Source: Obrimoposthia wandeli | Lineage: Eukaryota | Assembly (NCBI GenBank): GCA_977020255.1 | Contig: CDROCS010005497.1 | Location: 62,001-126,000 of the forward strand | Reading direction: 5' to 3' | DNA: 64,000 nucleotides | Shown: piece after piece, positions 1-11,900 of the stretch | Layout of the letters: each line of letters opens with the position of its first letter | Position numbering within the stretch: the first letter of the stretch is position 1 | The notes under the pieces: generated by a model | Seen by the model: the letters and a program-made list of their open reading frames with translations, nothing else | Database searches by the model: none | What the model was told of the DNA's origin: nothing | Position numbers and translations under genes: made by a program

Positions 1-1671
1 TTTCTCAATTTCAACTTGCTTCATCTTCTCAGCCATTGGGTCAGGCTCTTGCTTAAAGTCTTTAATCATCTTCTCTAACTTAGGATTTCTACTAAGCCTA
101 GCAATTTCTGCAATAACCATTTGAGTCATCTCAAAAGGCATTGTATTCCCTAACGTCTGTAATAAGAAACTTAACTCTTGACTTTTAGCAGCATTATCTT
201 CAGCAGTACTAATCCCAATTTCAACATCAACTCTACCGTCTAAATCATCTTTCTTAATAGTAACATATTCTGCATTAGTAATTCTAACTACTTCTTCTTC
301 TTCTAAGAACATAGCATTATATGCCATCCACTTTCTCATAAGAGGCTTCATTAAGTTCTCAGCAACATTTCGTACTAAGTTCATTCTTCTAACTGCAGTA
401 GCATCCATAGCACCTCTAGCAGCCGTAGCTGTAGTACCAATAGCATTACCACTTATACCTCCACTAAAACTCTTAGTTCCAGTCTGAGATTCAATTTCAT
501 TGTTCATCATTTCAAGCATTGTAAATACACTACCTGGAATCTGGTTGTAACTACCTTGCCAAAACTCATTAGGATTACCATTAAATTCGAAGTTCTTTCC
601 TTGTAGGAATTTCTTTCTATTAGCCTGGTCTAACGCACCTCTGTGCATACCAATTTGACTATTATTACTCTTAGCCATATTGTCAATAATACCACGAGTG
701 ATAGCTGTCTTAATCTTTTGATTGTCACCAATATTCTCTGCCAGTGCTTCCCCTACCATTTGGAAAGGAACAGCATTAAAAGGAACAATTATAAAGGGTG
801 GTCTTTTATCTGGATAAGGATTTCTCTCTAGCCTTATAATAGTATCTCCAACCCAAGCACAAACTATGTCCTCTACTTCACCATCATCATCAATATCATA
901 ACTACCCCAGTATTCATAGACAACTAACTTCTTTCTAGCATCATCTGAAAACTTAAATTCAGAGTCATCTTCCGCATTATAGTCAAAATCATCCCCTTCA
1001 TTCTTTCTAGAAACCTGATCAAGATTCTTGTATCTTCCATCAGCTCTCAGGGCACTAATACTAGTCTCATACCTATGAGCTACAAATTGACAGTTATCCA
1101 TGTCATCCATACAAGTAGGATCTATGTAAATATCTTCATTTCTACAAACAACCGCTGTGGGCTGATTTTTTATAACTTTAGTTGACATAACTACTTCTTT
1201 TACGATGTGTTCATATCCTAACTCATCAGTAATAACCGAATCAACTTCCTCTTCGATTTCTTCCTCTTCATACTCCCAGCCTGTCTGTATTACAGCAGTA
1301 CCTTCAGTAGCAAGGACTCTTAAAGCTTTCATAATAAAGTTATATCTATTAAACTTTCTACAGAACTGTGTGTTAAGTAGTAGTTCATTTTGTCGAGCAC
1401 TTGGCTCATCCTCAAATGTTACAGGATTACACTTAATAACGTCTGGGGTACTTAAAAAAGGATCTGAGATACTTGGTAGCATCCACTCTAATTGCCTCTT
1501 AATATCTTTTGATACTAATGCAGACTTTCCTTTCTCTTCGTTCCCATAGGGGTTACCATAAGTCTGATCTTTATAATCACTTACCTTATCAACCCATTCC
1601 TTCTGGAAGGTCTCTGATGCCTTAACATCAGCTTTTAAGTTGCTCAATAGATTCTTTTTATTTATTTTCAT
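1..1671 (-). CDS. Portal protein, N4 gp59-like (C-terminal end runs off the window)
   Basis: Manual translation from ATG at 1671 after an AGGA RBS: MKINKKNLLSNLKAD...GKSALVSKDIKRQLEWMLPSISDPFL...; open to position 1 (...FKQEPDPMAEK). Resembles N4-like portals. Absent from the ORF track because it has no stop in the window. Confidence 0.85.
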   Translation of the reverse strand, partial: MKINKKNLLSNLKADVKASETFQKEWVDKVSDYKDQTYGNPYGNEEKGKSALVSKDIKRQLEWMLPSISDPFLSTPDVIKCNPVTFEDEPSARQNELLLNTQFCRKFNRYNFIMKALRVLATEGTAVIQTGWEYEEEEIEEEVDSVITDELGYEHIVKEVVMSTKVIKNQPTAVVCRNEDIYIDPTCMDDMDNCQFVAHRYETSISALRADGRYKNLDQVSRKNEGDDFDYNAEDDSEFKFSDDARKKLVVYEYWGSYDIDDDGEVEDIVCAWVGDTIIRLERNPYPDKRPPFIIVPFNAVPFQMVGEALAENIGDNQKIKTAITRGIIDNMAKSNNSQIGMHRGALDQANRKKFLQGKNFEFNGNPNEFWQGSYNQIPGSVFTMLEMMNNEIESQTGTKSFSGGISGNAIGTTATAARGAMDATAVRRMNLVRNVAENLMKPLMRKWMAYNAMFLEEEEVVRITNAEYVTIKKDDLDGRVDVEIGISTAEDNAAKSQELSFLLQTLGNTMPFEMTQMVIAEIARLSRNPKLEKMIKDFKQEPDPMAEKMKQVEIEK

Positions 1672-1698
1672 ATATTATATCCTATCTTCATATGTCTA

Positions 1699-1730
1699 AT
1701 TATAGCCTACAGTCTCTTAAATATACCTTA
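1699..1730 (-). promoter_or_regulatory. Sigma70-like promoter TAAGG-N5-TTAAG-N11-TATAAT upstream of portal
   Basis: Minus strand reads TAAGG tatat TTAAG agactgtaggc TATAAT; the same spacing recurs at five other sites. Confidence 0.7.
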
Positions 1731-2174
1731 CTTAGTAGTAACAAGTTCAAAGTGAGGAGCATCATGAAAGCTCTGGTCACTAAATACATCATCACTATCC
1801 CAATCAATACCAAACCTAACGTTATGTGTAATCTCTCCAGAGGCTAGCAACATCTCCGTCACCATTTTCACTAGACCCATTAAGTAGTAAAACCTTCGAG
1901 TGTCTAGCTCTTTCCCACTAAAAGCATTAGTACCCTTTTTCCAAGGCATAATATCTACCGCCATGCTTGGATTAGATTGGTGTTTAGATTTCTTTCTAAT
2001 CCCATCCAGTGTACTCTTACCTTCCCTAAAATACTTCATCTGAGTAGCTTTAGTTCTTGCCCCCTCTAAGATAGAAAAATCATAATACTTTATCACACCC
2101 TCTAATATCTTCTGAATATCAGGGTGACATGTCTCTAATTGTTCTTTTGATTTAGTTCCAAATACGTAGCTCAT
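1728..2174 (-). CDS. Endolysin, M15-family (L-Ala-D-Glu type) peptidase
   Basis: DFSILEGAR, SKH...AVDI and DAPHFEL Zn-binding motifs; next to a holin. Confidence 0.85.
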   Translation of the reverse strand: MSYVFGTKSKEQLETCHPDIQKILEGVIKYYDFSILEGARTKATQMKYFREGKSTLDGIRKKSKHQSNPSMAVDIMPWKKGTNAFSGKELDTRRFYYLMGLVKMVTEMLLASGEITHNVRFGIDWDSDDVFSDQSFHDAPHFELVTTK

Positions 2175-2344
2175 TATTTATCCTTTTTAGCTGGGATTTC
2201 AGTTTCAGTCTCTTTCACATCAACACCATACTTATCCATCATTTCTTTTGCATATTCTTCATATGTTAATCCAGTCTTAAGGACTTCTCCTTGAAGACTC
2301 ACCAATTCATATGTTTCTGTAAATGTTTCAATTTCTTCATTCAT
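2174..2344 (-). CDS. Small acidic hypothetical protein (56 aa)
   Basis: Manual translation MNEEIETFTETYELVSLQGEVLK...; AAGGA RBS; fills the gap between holin and endolysin. Confidence 0.6.
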   Translation of the reverse strand: MNEEIETFTETYELVSLQGEVLKTGLTYEEYAKEMMDKYGVDVKETETEIPAKKDK

Positions 2345-2366
2345 TACTTATCCTTTAGTATCTTAA

Positions 2367-2783
2367 CTATCGTTTGTGTTCTACATTTTTGAACTTCTCA
2401 AAAGTTCTCATTCCACCTAGACCTAGTAGTCCACCTAAAATTGTCATTAAAGAGTTTATGTCTAGCACAGGAGGCACTGGGATAGTTACTCCAAATATCA
2501 GTACAAGCCAGAGAACAAAAGGAAAGAGTATAAAGTGACATGCTAATGCAGTCCCACATACCCATCCTATAAAAGGTCTCCAACCCGAAACAAATACATT
2601 ACTATGTTTTGCTTCTTCTTTATTTATACCCATCTGCCCCATCGCAACAGCCTGCTCTAAAGTTTTAAACTGTAACTCAAACTCGGCCATTTTAGCTGGA
2701 TCAACAATCTTCTCCCCTGTCCACATCTCTCTAGCGGAGGTAAGTATCCCTCCAACATCTATTTCTGCTATTGATAGTCCCAT
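2367..2783 (-). CDS. Holin (3TM, GTA-holin-like)
   Basis: WRPFIGWVCG motif, hydrophobic helices, C-terminal LLGLGGMRTFEK. Confidence 0.8.
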   Translation of the reverse strand: MGLSIAEIDVGGILTSAREMWTGEKIVDPAKMAEFELQFKTLEQAVAMGQMGINKEEAKHSNVFVSGWRPFIGWVCGTALACHFILFPFVLWLVLIFGVTIPVPPVLDINSLMTILGGLLGLGGMRTFEKFKNVEHKR

Positions 2784-2786
2784 TAC

Positions 2787-3248
2787 CTACTCCTCTCTTT
2801 TTAATATCTCTATTGCTACTTCAGGTAAAATCACTCTTGAAGCTTTCCAGCCCCATAGCGTTCGAGTTACCCAACTCCTAATGGTCCAATGACCTGCCCA
2901 CATTCTATTTGGTACTATGTATTCTGTACATCTTAATGTAGTCCCTGACTCCCTAACAGCATTAATAGAAGGCAAAGGTACTGTGTGTTCTGCATTATCA
3001 CCATCTATAGTGTAAGCCCACTTATGTACTTGTATCATGGTATCATCAAAGTTATATTTGACATTCCCACATAATGTAAACCTGCCGCTCTCATAAGCCG
3101 TTATCGGTGTATTAACGTACTCGACCTCAATAAAAGTTAACTGTGAATATGTGTATAAACTCAAAACTAAGAAGAGTATTCCTCCAAATATCCAAGCCCA
3201 AACATCTTTAAATGACTCATTCATAAAGCCTAATGTTGTCTTAATCAT
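2787..3248 (-). CDS. Membrane-anchored hypothetical protein in lysis module
   Basis: N-terminal TM segment; overlaps neighbours in the operon. Confidence 0.6.
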   Translation of the reverse strand: MIKTTLGFMNESFKDVWAWIFGGILFLVLSLYTYSQLTFIEVEYVNTPITAYESGRFTLCGNVKYNFDDTMIQVHKWAYTIDGDNAEHTVPLPSINAVRESGTTLRCTEYIVPNRMWAGHWTIRSWVTRTLWGWKASRVILPEVAIEILKREE

Positions 3249-3522
3249 CCTTAATTCCTACCATTGCAAAGATTATCTTTCTTAGAGGCTCATAGCTAAG
3301 AAGGACGCCTGTAGCAATAGCCATCATAGCTCCTACTATTACAGCCGAAGCTATCTTTTTAAATCCTGTGACTAGTGCATCCTTAACAAAACAAAAAGTA
3401 GCTAAGACCTCTCCTAACTCTTTTTTATTGTCTATATACCATTCAAAGAACTGTTGGAACTCTTTATGGTCTTTGGTATGTCGTCTATCATTCACACCTT
3501 CATACTTATTTTCATCTTCCAC
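3241..3522 (-). CDS. Small membrane protein
   Basis: C-terminal hydrophobic helix; AGGA RBS. Confidence 0.55.
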   Translation of the reverse strand: MEDENKYEGVNDRRHTKDHKEFQQFFEWYIDNKKELGEVLATFCFVKDALVTGFKKIASAVIVGAMMAIATGVLLSYEPLRKIIFAMVGIKDD

Positions 3523-3644
3523 CTATAATCCTTATTATACACTGTTGATACAAAGCAGTACTAAATACACTACTATTGTATATAATATTAGGTCTTTTAC
3601 ATTAAGACCGCCATAAGTTACCTCATCAACAACTTCTTTACGTG

Positions 3645-4043
3645 CTAAGTCAATACAATCTTATACAAATCTCCTGGAGATAAAGTATGAGGATTCTCAA
3701 TTTTTAATGCCTTGGCACACCATTCAGAACAAAACCATCTACTTTTTGAATGTAAATTAAATGGAAGTATTTGACTAAAAATTATCCCAGACCAATCATA
3801 TTTACTCCCTATAGTTTCACCAAAGTGAGCAAGTGCATATATTCTATCTGCATCAACTTCTATATAATCCCAATGTTCTTCTACGGGACAAATCTTTTTT
3901 GCTCTAACCTGTAAGTCTCTAGGACTAATAGAATGCCACACATCATCTATTACAAGCTCAACATGGCTATATTTGCTCTTAGTCCACAATCTTATTGCTT
4001 TATCAGTGAAGTCTCCTTCACCTTTATAAAATGCTAATTTCAT
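3645..4043 (-). CDS. Permuted papain-like (YiiX/NlpC-P60-like) protein
   Basis: YSHVEL early, then KYDW and WFCSE late: the permuted His-before-Cys order. Confidence 0.75.
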   Translation of the reverse strand: MKLAFYKGEGDFTDKAIRLWTKSKYSHVELVIDDVWHSISPRDLQVRAKKICPVEEHWDYIEVDADRIYALAHFGETIGSKYDWSGIIFSQILPFNLHSKSRWFCSEWCAKALKIENPHTLSPGDLYKIVLT

Positions 4044-4052
4044 TATGTAGCC

Positions 4053-5708
4053 TCATCTAAACAGTACTTTTACTAAAGTACCATTCTCTTCTGTTTCTCT
4101 AACCTCTAATACTCTATAAGAAGTTCCAACAATAGCTAAACCATTCTCGTCAGAATCAACCCTTTGACCTTTTGTAAGTGTTTGACCATCAGCAACTCTA
4201 ACCCATAGCTTACCAAGTAAACCTATTGGGCACCACTCATCTCTCTCGGCTCTTGAGGTGTGTTCTATGGATTCATCAAAGGTTGGGTTAACTACCCTAG
4301 TTACCTCTCTGTATGTTTCCATAATAGTATTACCATCTCCGTCTAGTTCACCAGTTGGTCTTTCAAACTCTTGCTCTTTCACTATGTATCTATCAAAGTC
4401 ATCTTTAAGGAATTTACCTTTCCAGTGTAGAGCATCACTGTCTCCAATAACTGCTGGTGCAGCAGAAGTAATCCCAAGAATATCAGTATTACCTTTTTCA
4501 ATTTTATCGCTCCCCTTTGCAAAAGATACAAAGTAACCGACATCGATAACCTCACCTGATGCCGTTTCAAAATACTCAGCATAATCCGCTGAAGCAACGT
4601 CAGCTGAACCATCAAAGTATCCATTACCAGCATTACTAACTTTAAATACTAAATTTGTGTCTGTAGTTGTAGCGTCTATATTTCCAGGATCAGATGCTCC
4701 ATATGCAACACCAAAAACCGTATTAGATGTGGTTCCTGCTCCACCGTACTTACCAACTACAACTGAAAAGTCTCCTGCTGAAGTAGTATTTAACCCTGTT
4801 GACAGTGAATGGTTCCCAGGAGAGGATGTATATTGAGAAAGAGCAATAGAAAAATCTCCATCCGCTACAGTACTTGATCCTGCAGAAATTGAAGCATACC
4901 CGTTAGCAGATGTGTACGAGCCAAGAGCCAATGAGTTCTCTCCGACCGAATTACAGTATGATCCAATTACAGTACTTCTATTACCGCTAGCAGTAGAGTT
5001 CCAGCCACCTATTGCTGAAGACTGTGAGGCAGAAGCAGTGTTGTATGCACCAAGCGTATAGCTTTGTGTTCCAGAAGAAGTAGAATCATAACCAGCAGAA
5101 AATGAGCCATAGCCAGATGCCTCAGAATGTTCACCAATAGAAACACCAGCTTCGCCAGATGCAACAGAAAACCTACCAATTGCTATGGAATTTTCACCAG
5201 TAGCCTTAGAATTTGGCATAATAGCAAAACTCTCTGATCCTGTAGCATAAGCTCTAATAAGCGCCACAGAATTTAAGTCAGCAAAACTACCAGAAGATAC
5301 TGAAAAGGAACCATTTGATGCAATACCACCAAGAGCAACAGAGTAATTTCCACTTGCTAGGCCTCCATTTATTGCAAAAGAGGAATACCCTCCAGCATTT
5401 GATCCATATCCAAAAGCAAAAGAGTAATCTCCTCCTGCACCCGTTGATATTGCGCCTTCATAGGGAGCAGGAGTAGAAAAGTCAATGGAATTATTACCTA
5501 TTGCTATATGATTTGAAGCAGGGTCTAGTCTTGCGGGAAGACCATAACCTATTTTACCATTCTCTATAAATTCTTTAAGATTTCCACCTTCTAGGCCAGT
5601 TAATCCACTACCGTCACCAGTGGGCGAGAGAACTACTGTGCCTATATGTCCAGTATGTACTGCAAGATTTCCACCTATTGTTGTACCGCCTCTTAATTTA
5701 TCACTCAT
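4053..5708 (-). CDS. Tail fibre/spike with YadA-like head repeats and C-terminal intramolecular chaperone (Peptidase_G2-like)
   Basis: Many xSxAxGxxSxAxG repeats; ADYAEYFE motif followed by a chaperone-like C-terminus. Confidence 0.75.
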   Translation of the reverse strand: MSDKLRGGTTIGGNLAVHTGHIGTVVLSPTGDGSGLTGLEGGNLKEFIENGKIGYGLPARLDPASNHIAIGNNSIDFSTPAPYEGAISTGAGGDYSFAFGYGSNAGGYSSFAINGGLASGNYSVALGGIASNGSFSVSSGSFADLNSVALIRAYATGSESFAIMPNSKATGENSIAIGRFSVASGEAGVSIGEHSEASGYGSFSAGYDSTSSGTQSYTLGAYNTASASQSSAIGGWNSTASGNRSTVIGSYCNSVGENSLALGSYTSANGYASISAGSSTVADGDFSIALSQYTSSPGNHSLSTGLNTTSAGDFSVVVGKYGGAGTTSNTVFGVAYGASDPGNIDATTTDTNLVFKVSNAGNGYFDGSADVASADYAEYFETASGEVIDVGYFVSFAKGSDKIEKGNTDILGITSAAPAVIGDSDALHWKGKFLKDDFDRYIVKEQEFERPTGELDGDGNTIMETYREVTRVVNPTFDESIEHTSRAERDEWCPIGLLGKLWVRVADGQTLTKGQRVDSDENGLAIVGTSYRVLEVRETEENGTLVKVLFR

Positions 5709-5736
5709 AAATTAATTCCTTCTTTATTGTTTATAC

Positions 5737-8700
5737 TCATAATATTTCTCCTGTGATTATACTGTTCTGTATCTTAAGTCCATCTTTATCTGATTTCATT
5801 TTAGTTTTAAATATAGCTTCTACATCAGCATCAGACATTGCTGACTGCTCAAATACATAATCTCTATGATATGCATCTGATTCACTGTCAGTATATTCAC
5901 CAACTTGCCACACTTGACTAGTTTCATCCCCATCTAAATGATACGCCTCTCCATTACCGTTTGTACTGTGTGTAATACCTGAACTGTTACCTAATGATAA
6001 ATGTAGACTAGCACCATATCTTCTGTAGCAAAAGAAATTCCACTCATTATCTATTACAGATATTCCAGATGTTGTCTGAGTTGACTCGCTAGTGTTGTTC
6101 GAGCTTGACCAAGCTTGCAGATTCCTACTTGTTGCTCCAGCACCCATTATAAGTATCCTATTATAGGTACTATTACTATTTGCTACATTTCTAGTTAAAC
6201 AAGGCCTGTATACACCATCAGCATAGGTCTTTGGGTGCCACCAGCCATATATAGTAAAGTCTTGTTTACAGTCTATAATATCATATGGTAAATGTAAGCT
6301 TGATTGTGGTCTTGCACCTTCAACAAAAGGAGCAGCAAACGTATTCGCCTCAAGCGCCCAATTAGCTAGATAATATTCAGTCTGAGCCATGCTGTAAAAT
6401 CCAGCAAGAGACACATAACTAGCAGTAATTCCACTTACTGTTCTAGTAAGCCTATACCAACCGTTCTCTACTGGGATAGCAGTAATTGTTGTGTTTACAT
6501 TTGCAGAGGCAGATAGATACATATATGAGCCAAGAATTGTGATTGGAACATTATCTACTCTTTTAATGTAGCACGTAAAAGTCCATTTGGTACTTGTTGT
6601 TGTACCAATGTCACCACCATTCAAATAGCAGTTGTTATTTGCACCAGGATAGTACCTTGTAACCTTTCTGCCTCTAAATGTTACACTCTCATCTACTGAA
6701 GCAGTAGGACCACTATCTCCAGCCCAAGGGGTTGAAGTTTGACCGTGAGCAGCAACAACATTTGTTGTTCCTCTACCAATCCAAACACCACCTTCTGGGT
6801 TATCATACACCGTGTTGGCATCATTAGGAACTATATCTTTATAGTAATCTTTACCATCAGAACTAAAAGGAAAATGTTTCCCACCTAAGTAATTCTCAGT
6901 TTCAATAGAGCCAGTAATCAAGCCATCTGTTGTGATACTATGAGTACCTTTAGCTAGCTTTTTAACTTCATCATCTGATAATGTTTTTCCAAAAATAGAT
7001 ACATTTTTAAATAAAGCATCACCTCTATTCCATCCCCAACCTAAATATAGTATTGGTATTCTTGTAGCAAAAACAGAAGAAGTTGTTGCTACTGAGCCAA
7101 GCAAAACATCATTTACATATAAGTATTGAGTTGTTGTATTCCATGATATGGTGATTCTTATCCACTCATTTATAGGTACAACATATGAGCTTGTCAAGGC
7201 TGAACCCTCAAAATCATGCATATATAAATTACTAGATGCATTTATGTATATTCCCCACCAAATTCCACCAGCAGTTGCATTACTAAGCACAGTTGTATTA
7301 GGTGCCCTCTTGCAAAAGTAGTCAAATGAAACTGAACTAGTTGTTGATAGTTGAGGTTTTAGGCCAAGAGTACCAGCGCTTCTTGAGTCTTCAATAAACT
7401 CAGTTGCAGACGAAGCAAGTTCACATTGAATTAATGCTACATCATAACTACCATACCCTCCCATATTAAAGTACATACTTGCGCTTCCTGTTTTGGTACA
7501 TGTAGCAGTGGTTGTGTATTGCTTCCAGTCTTCTGTAATACTCATGCTCTGCCCACTCCATGAAGCACCACTGTGGAATGAAAGATTAAATAAACTACCT
7601 ATACTAAGTGATGAAGAGGCTCTAATCCATAAACTAAATGTGTATACTTGCCCTGCAACAACTAAGGGTTGAACACCATAAGCCATAAAATCAACAGGGG
7701 CACTCTCAGCAAATCTATGCCATCTGTGCATTCTCATAAATGGGTAAGTTTTACCATTAAGCTCAAATTGATTTGGTATTATTTCCTTAACCAGTCCTGA
7801 ATTTGGCCTATGGGGATTACCGTGCCACATTGTAGGAAATGAAGTAGCATTTATAGGAACTCGGACATCGTTATTAACAGAGTCGTGTACGGAGTATCCT
7901 TGTGACCCATCTTGATTACTATTATAGGTATGAAGAGAAAATGAATTTGTAGAATGCTTCTTAATAAAGTATTCAGTACCAGCCGTAACTCCACCGCCAG
8001 AGGTGCCAGCATTAAGAACATCATAACTTCTTATGGTTCTACCAACAGTAGATAAAGTAACAATATTATTAGCAACACTTCCTATTGTGCCTATACTATA
8101 ATCGACATTAGAGTTATAATTATTTGTATTATAAGTCCCATGCCCATTTCCAACATTAAAAGTTCTATTTGCAAGGCCAGGTATTAAATTAGTAGTTGCA
8201 GCTTCAACAGCTACACCATAATTTGTTTTTGTTGTATTTGTATCAGTAGTTGGATCAGTATCAACTCCTCTTGATACCATACTAGGAAGTTCAGTCAATT
8301 GAATATCTTTAAATAAAGTATTACCAGAATACGTTACAAGGTATACAAAACCACTTGTAAATGATGTTCCTATGGCAATGTTGCTTAATGTCTGAACTCC
8401 ATTAATCCACGCATTAACCACACCATTTTCTACAGATAACGAGGCATCATACCATGTCCCATATGTCATGTTAAAACCTAATGCTGAGCCAGAACTTGAG
8501 GTAATATAGGCCTGCACGCTATTAACCCATTTCTGCACACGATTATCATCAGTTCCAGATCTAATGATCCATTGATACCCCTCGCTCATTCCAGAACTAC
8601 TACTGTTTGGATTATAGAATCCAATACCAGGATGAGAGCTATTTGTATTAATTTTAAAGTTAATACAAAAGTTCTTGTATGAAGCCTCTGAAATGTTTGT

Positions 8701-8949
8701 AGTTTTATATCCTGATGAGGTTATAAGCTCAATCTCTCCATCCGTATTTGTTACAGTTAGTCCTGACTCATCTTCTTTGCCCTGCTTATTGCTCAAAACA
8801 TATTCTGCATTGGTTTTCCCATAGCTAGCAGTATTGCCATCCATAGGATAGTGAGCAACTAGTCCATCTGTAACCAAAGGTAATCTTGTGTTTATTCCAC
8901 CAGAGAGCTTAAACTCTCCTTCTTGTGTTAGTTTTGCAACTGTTGCCAT
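5737..8949 (-). CDS. Large tail-associated protein with LamG/concanavalin-like and carbohydrate-binding-like domains
   Basis: GLVAHYPMDGN, beta-rich repeats, NEWIRITISW and LSDDEVKKL LamG signatures. Confidence 0.65.
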   Translation of the reverse strand: MATVAKLTQEGEFKLSGGINTRLPLVTDGLVAHYPMDGNTASYGKTNAEYVLSNKQGKEDESGLTVTNTDGEIELITSSGYKTTNISEASYKNFCINFKINTNSSHPGIGFYNPNSSSSGMSEGYQWIIRSGTDDNRVQKWVNSVQAYITSSSGSALGFNMTYGTWYDASLSVENGVVNAWINGVQTLSNIAIGTSFTSGFVYLVTYSGNTLFKDIQLTELPSMVSRGVDTDPTTDTNTTKTNYGVAVEAATTNLIPGLANRTFNVGNGHGTYNTNNYNSNVDYSIGTIGSVANNIVTLSTVGRTIRSYDVLNAGTSGGGVTAGTEYFIKKHSTNSFSLHTYNSNQDGSQGYSVHDSVNNDVRVPINATSFPTMWHGNPHRPNSGLVKEIIPNQFELNGKTYPFMRMHRWHRFAESAPVDFMAYGVQPLVVAGQVYTFSLWIRASSSLSIGSLFNLSFHSGASWSGQSMSITEDWKQYTTTATCTKTGSASMYFNMGGYGSYDVALIQCELASSATEFIEDSRSAGTLGLKPQLSTTSSVSFDYFCKRAPNTTVLSNATAGGIWWGIYINASSNLYMHDFEGSALTSSYVVPINEWIRITISWNTTTQYLYVNDVLLGSVATTSSVFATRIPILYLGWGWNRGDALFKNVSIFGKTLSDDEVKKLAKGTHSITTDGLITGSIETENYLGGKHFPFSSDGKDYYKDIVPNDANTVYDNPEGGVWIGRGTTNVVAAHGQTSTPWAGDSGPTASVDESVTFRGRKVTRYYPGANNNCYLNGGDIGTTTSTKWTFTCYIKRVDNVPITILGSYMYLSASANVNTTITAIPVENGWYRLTRTVSGITASYVSLAGFYSMAQTEYYLANWALEANTFAAPFVEGARPQSSLHLPYDIIDCKQDFTIYGWWHPKTYADGVYRPCLTRNVANSNSTYNRILIMGAGATSRNLQAWSSSNNTSESTQTTSGISVIDNEWNFFCYRRYGASLHLSLGNSSGITHSTNGNGEAYHLDGDETSQVWQVGEYTDSESDAYHRDYVFEQSAMSDADVEAIFKTKMKSDKDGLKIQNSIITGEIL

Positions 8950-8957
8950 ATTGCCTC

Positions 8958-11900
8958 CTAGTTAATTATAAAGTCTATTGAGTTATCAGTAGAGTTGTAT
9001 TTGATTTCAGCCTGAGCTGCTCCAAGCTCTAAAGCTTCTGTTGCTCTCAAGTTTATACTTGTTAGCCTCTTTTTTCCAGGGTTATATGTATAATTTGCTG
9101 TACTAGTAAACAATGTATTTGAGTTGTTCTCCCAAACCGGAGAGTACTCAACATTATTTAATAAGTGATCACCAATCTCTAATAATCTAGTTGCAGTCGT
9201 TGCATTACCAGTTGTGCTTTGATTCCAAGTAGGAATATTTCCTGCATGGTAAATTAAGTTATTATTTAATTTCATAGCATTAAAATATGTACCACCGTTA
9301 TTGTCAGTAGGTCTTCCAGCATCAGAACCTTGACCAGATGAAAAATACAGCGTTTTGTCACCAGTATTCCCCATTCTTATTTTTACACCCCCATCACCAT
9401 AATTATGCATAAACAGTGTTGGACAAACAGTTTCATCGTTAGTGTTGGAATCTATAATCTCTAGAGATGTGGCCTGTATTGCTGAATTTGTCCACGAATA
9501 TGCAGAAGTTAATTTACCTGTATTATCTACTGTAAGTTGTGCCGTAACTTCATTAGCAATATCACTCCTAACAAACTGTGTACTTTGTAACGAATCTAAT
9601 TTGTCTGCATCAAGCCCTGATCCAGCACCATCATTTCCACCATGCCAAACAGTACTACCGGCAACAGTAGGAGTAGCAGTAAATTTTATAACATTACTAT
9701 TCCTGTCACTAGTCCAAGCTCTATGGGCCACATTATTAAATATGTTATCCATGTATGATAAGTTGGCCGACCCATCATAGCCTATTTTCATACCACTTTC
9801 AACAGAGGCTTCTTTATAATATGTCAAGCCACCAAGATTAGTCCCTCCTTCAATAGAAAGGACAGATTCGCCACTAGTACTAATTGTATCCGAAGCATCA
9901 CTTCTTAAGAATGAGCCACTTCCTAGATTATCAAAAGTACCAGCATTTAGTCCACTCGCACCATTTATGTCTACTCGCTTAACGGCTGCTAATATCTCAG
10001 CATCACTTTGATCTGCTGTGGCATTAGTCTCGCCTGTGTATCCTAGATTAGCTAGAGTCAATGTTCTGGTTGCTATACTTGCGTTTGCATCTGTAACGTG
10101 ACCTTGCGTATCAGTAGTAACATTAAAGTCTAAGTCACTAATAACTGTTGCACCACTTAGAGCCAGAGTATCAATATTAATGTCATCTCCAGCATGAATT
10201 GGATGAGTGTATACTGTATCCGTAAATTTAGCACCAGATGGAACATTTGTTAATACTTGGCCAGCATCAACTTTACCATTTAGAGCATTTTGTAGTCCAG
10301 CGATATTGGAAATTCCAAGAGTATCTAATTCTGATTTATTTTGTTCAATAAAGTCAACAACTTCCTGAAAACTGTCTAATGCTAAATTGTCACTTAGCAA
10401 TGTATTTTCGATAGTATCAATTAAACCTTTAAGAACTCTACCTTGATTTGCAGAAAGTGAAGAGGATGGGTTTGTACTTGTTAAATTGTCAATCACACTT
10501 CTCCATGTATTCGTATCAGTAAATATTGCTCCGGTAGGAACTGCTGTTTCGACTGTTAAAGAGTTGACAGTAGCTGAATTAATATTTAAAGATTCTACAT
10601 TGGACTTAGTTAATTCTATCGCAGTAAACCCAAGAGCTGTGTTTATATCAGAAGCATTAAGTACAACAATTCCATCTCTTCCATTAAAGGAGAGAACAGC
10701 ACCGGAAGCATCAAACACTGCTTGATTCCACTGAGAACCATTCCATATTTTTAGTTGTTTTGGCTCAAGTGTAGTGTTATAATAAATTGCGCCTTCTTGA
10801 AGAACTCCACCATCATTATCTGTAGCAGGATCAGAAGCTTTAGCTCCTAAAAATAAATCATCAACAAAGTCAGCACTAGCACTAGCTTCACTAGCTCTTG
10901 CGGTAGCTATTGAAGCTTGATTAGTAGCAGCTGTTGCATCGAGTCCTGTTTGAACCCTATCTGCCACAGTCTGCACTCTATCTAGCCCTGTCTGTACTCT
11001 GTCTAATCCTGTCTGTACTTTATCTGCTTCAGCTAATACTACATCTGCATGTGTAAGAATTACATCTGCGTTAGTAGTAGTCTTATCATTCCCAGTTGCA
11101 ATCCTGTCTAAACCAGTTTGTGTCCTATCAGACCCTGTCTGAATTCTATCAAGCGCTGTCTGATCAAAATCTAGTCCTGTCTGAATTCTATTAGCAGCCG
11201 TAGCCTGCATATCTAAAGCAGTTTGAACCAAATCAGCTGCAACAGCCAACCTATCTAAAGCTGTCTGAGAGCTATCTAAGCCAGTTTGTGTACTATCTAA
11301 GCCAGTTTGGACTCTGTCAGCAGCAGTATCTGCAGTATCTTGATTTGTAGCTACTAAGTCTGAAGCTACAGCAACCCTATCTAAATTAGTTTGAATTTTA
11401 TCTGCTTCAGCAAGCGCCACATTAGTATTTGTTAGCTCAACATCTGCATGAGTTATTATCGCATCAGTATGTGTTAATACAACATCTGCATTAGTAGTAG
11501 TTACATCTGCATGTGTTAATACAACATCTGCTGCAGTCGCTGAAGCGTCTACTCCAGTATCCGCGGCATTTTGCGCTGCACCTTGAATAACTTCAATATT
11601 TGTAGCAGCTGTATTTATAGCTGATAAGTTTGTAGCTGCAATATTAACATTAGTAATATTACTCCCAACTGCGATAATATTAGGTATATTTGCCGCTGCT
11701 GTATTTACACTCACAACATTAGTAGCTACTATATTAACATCATCAATATTATCCGAAACTACTACTATCTCTGCAACTTCATTTCCAATAGCAACAATAT
11801 CTACAATATTATCCATAAGATCTACTATACTTCCATCCACTATAGCCTCTCCAACAGCAGTAACATTCTCTAAGTTTTCAGCTACAGCCTTTACAGTATC

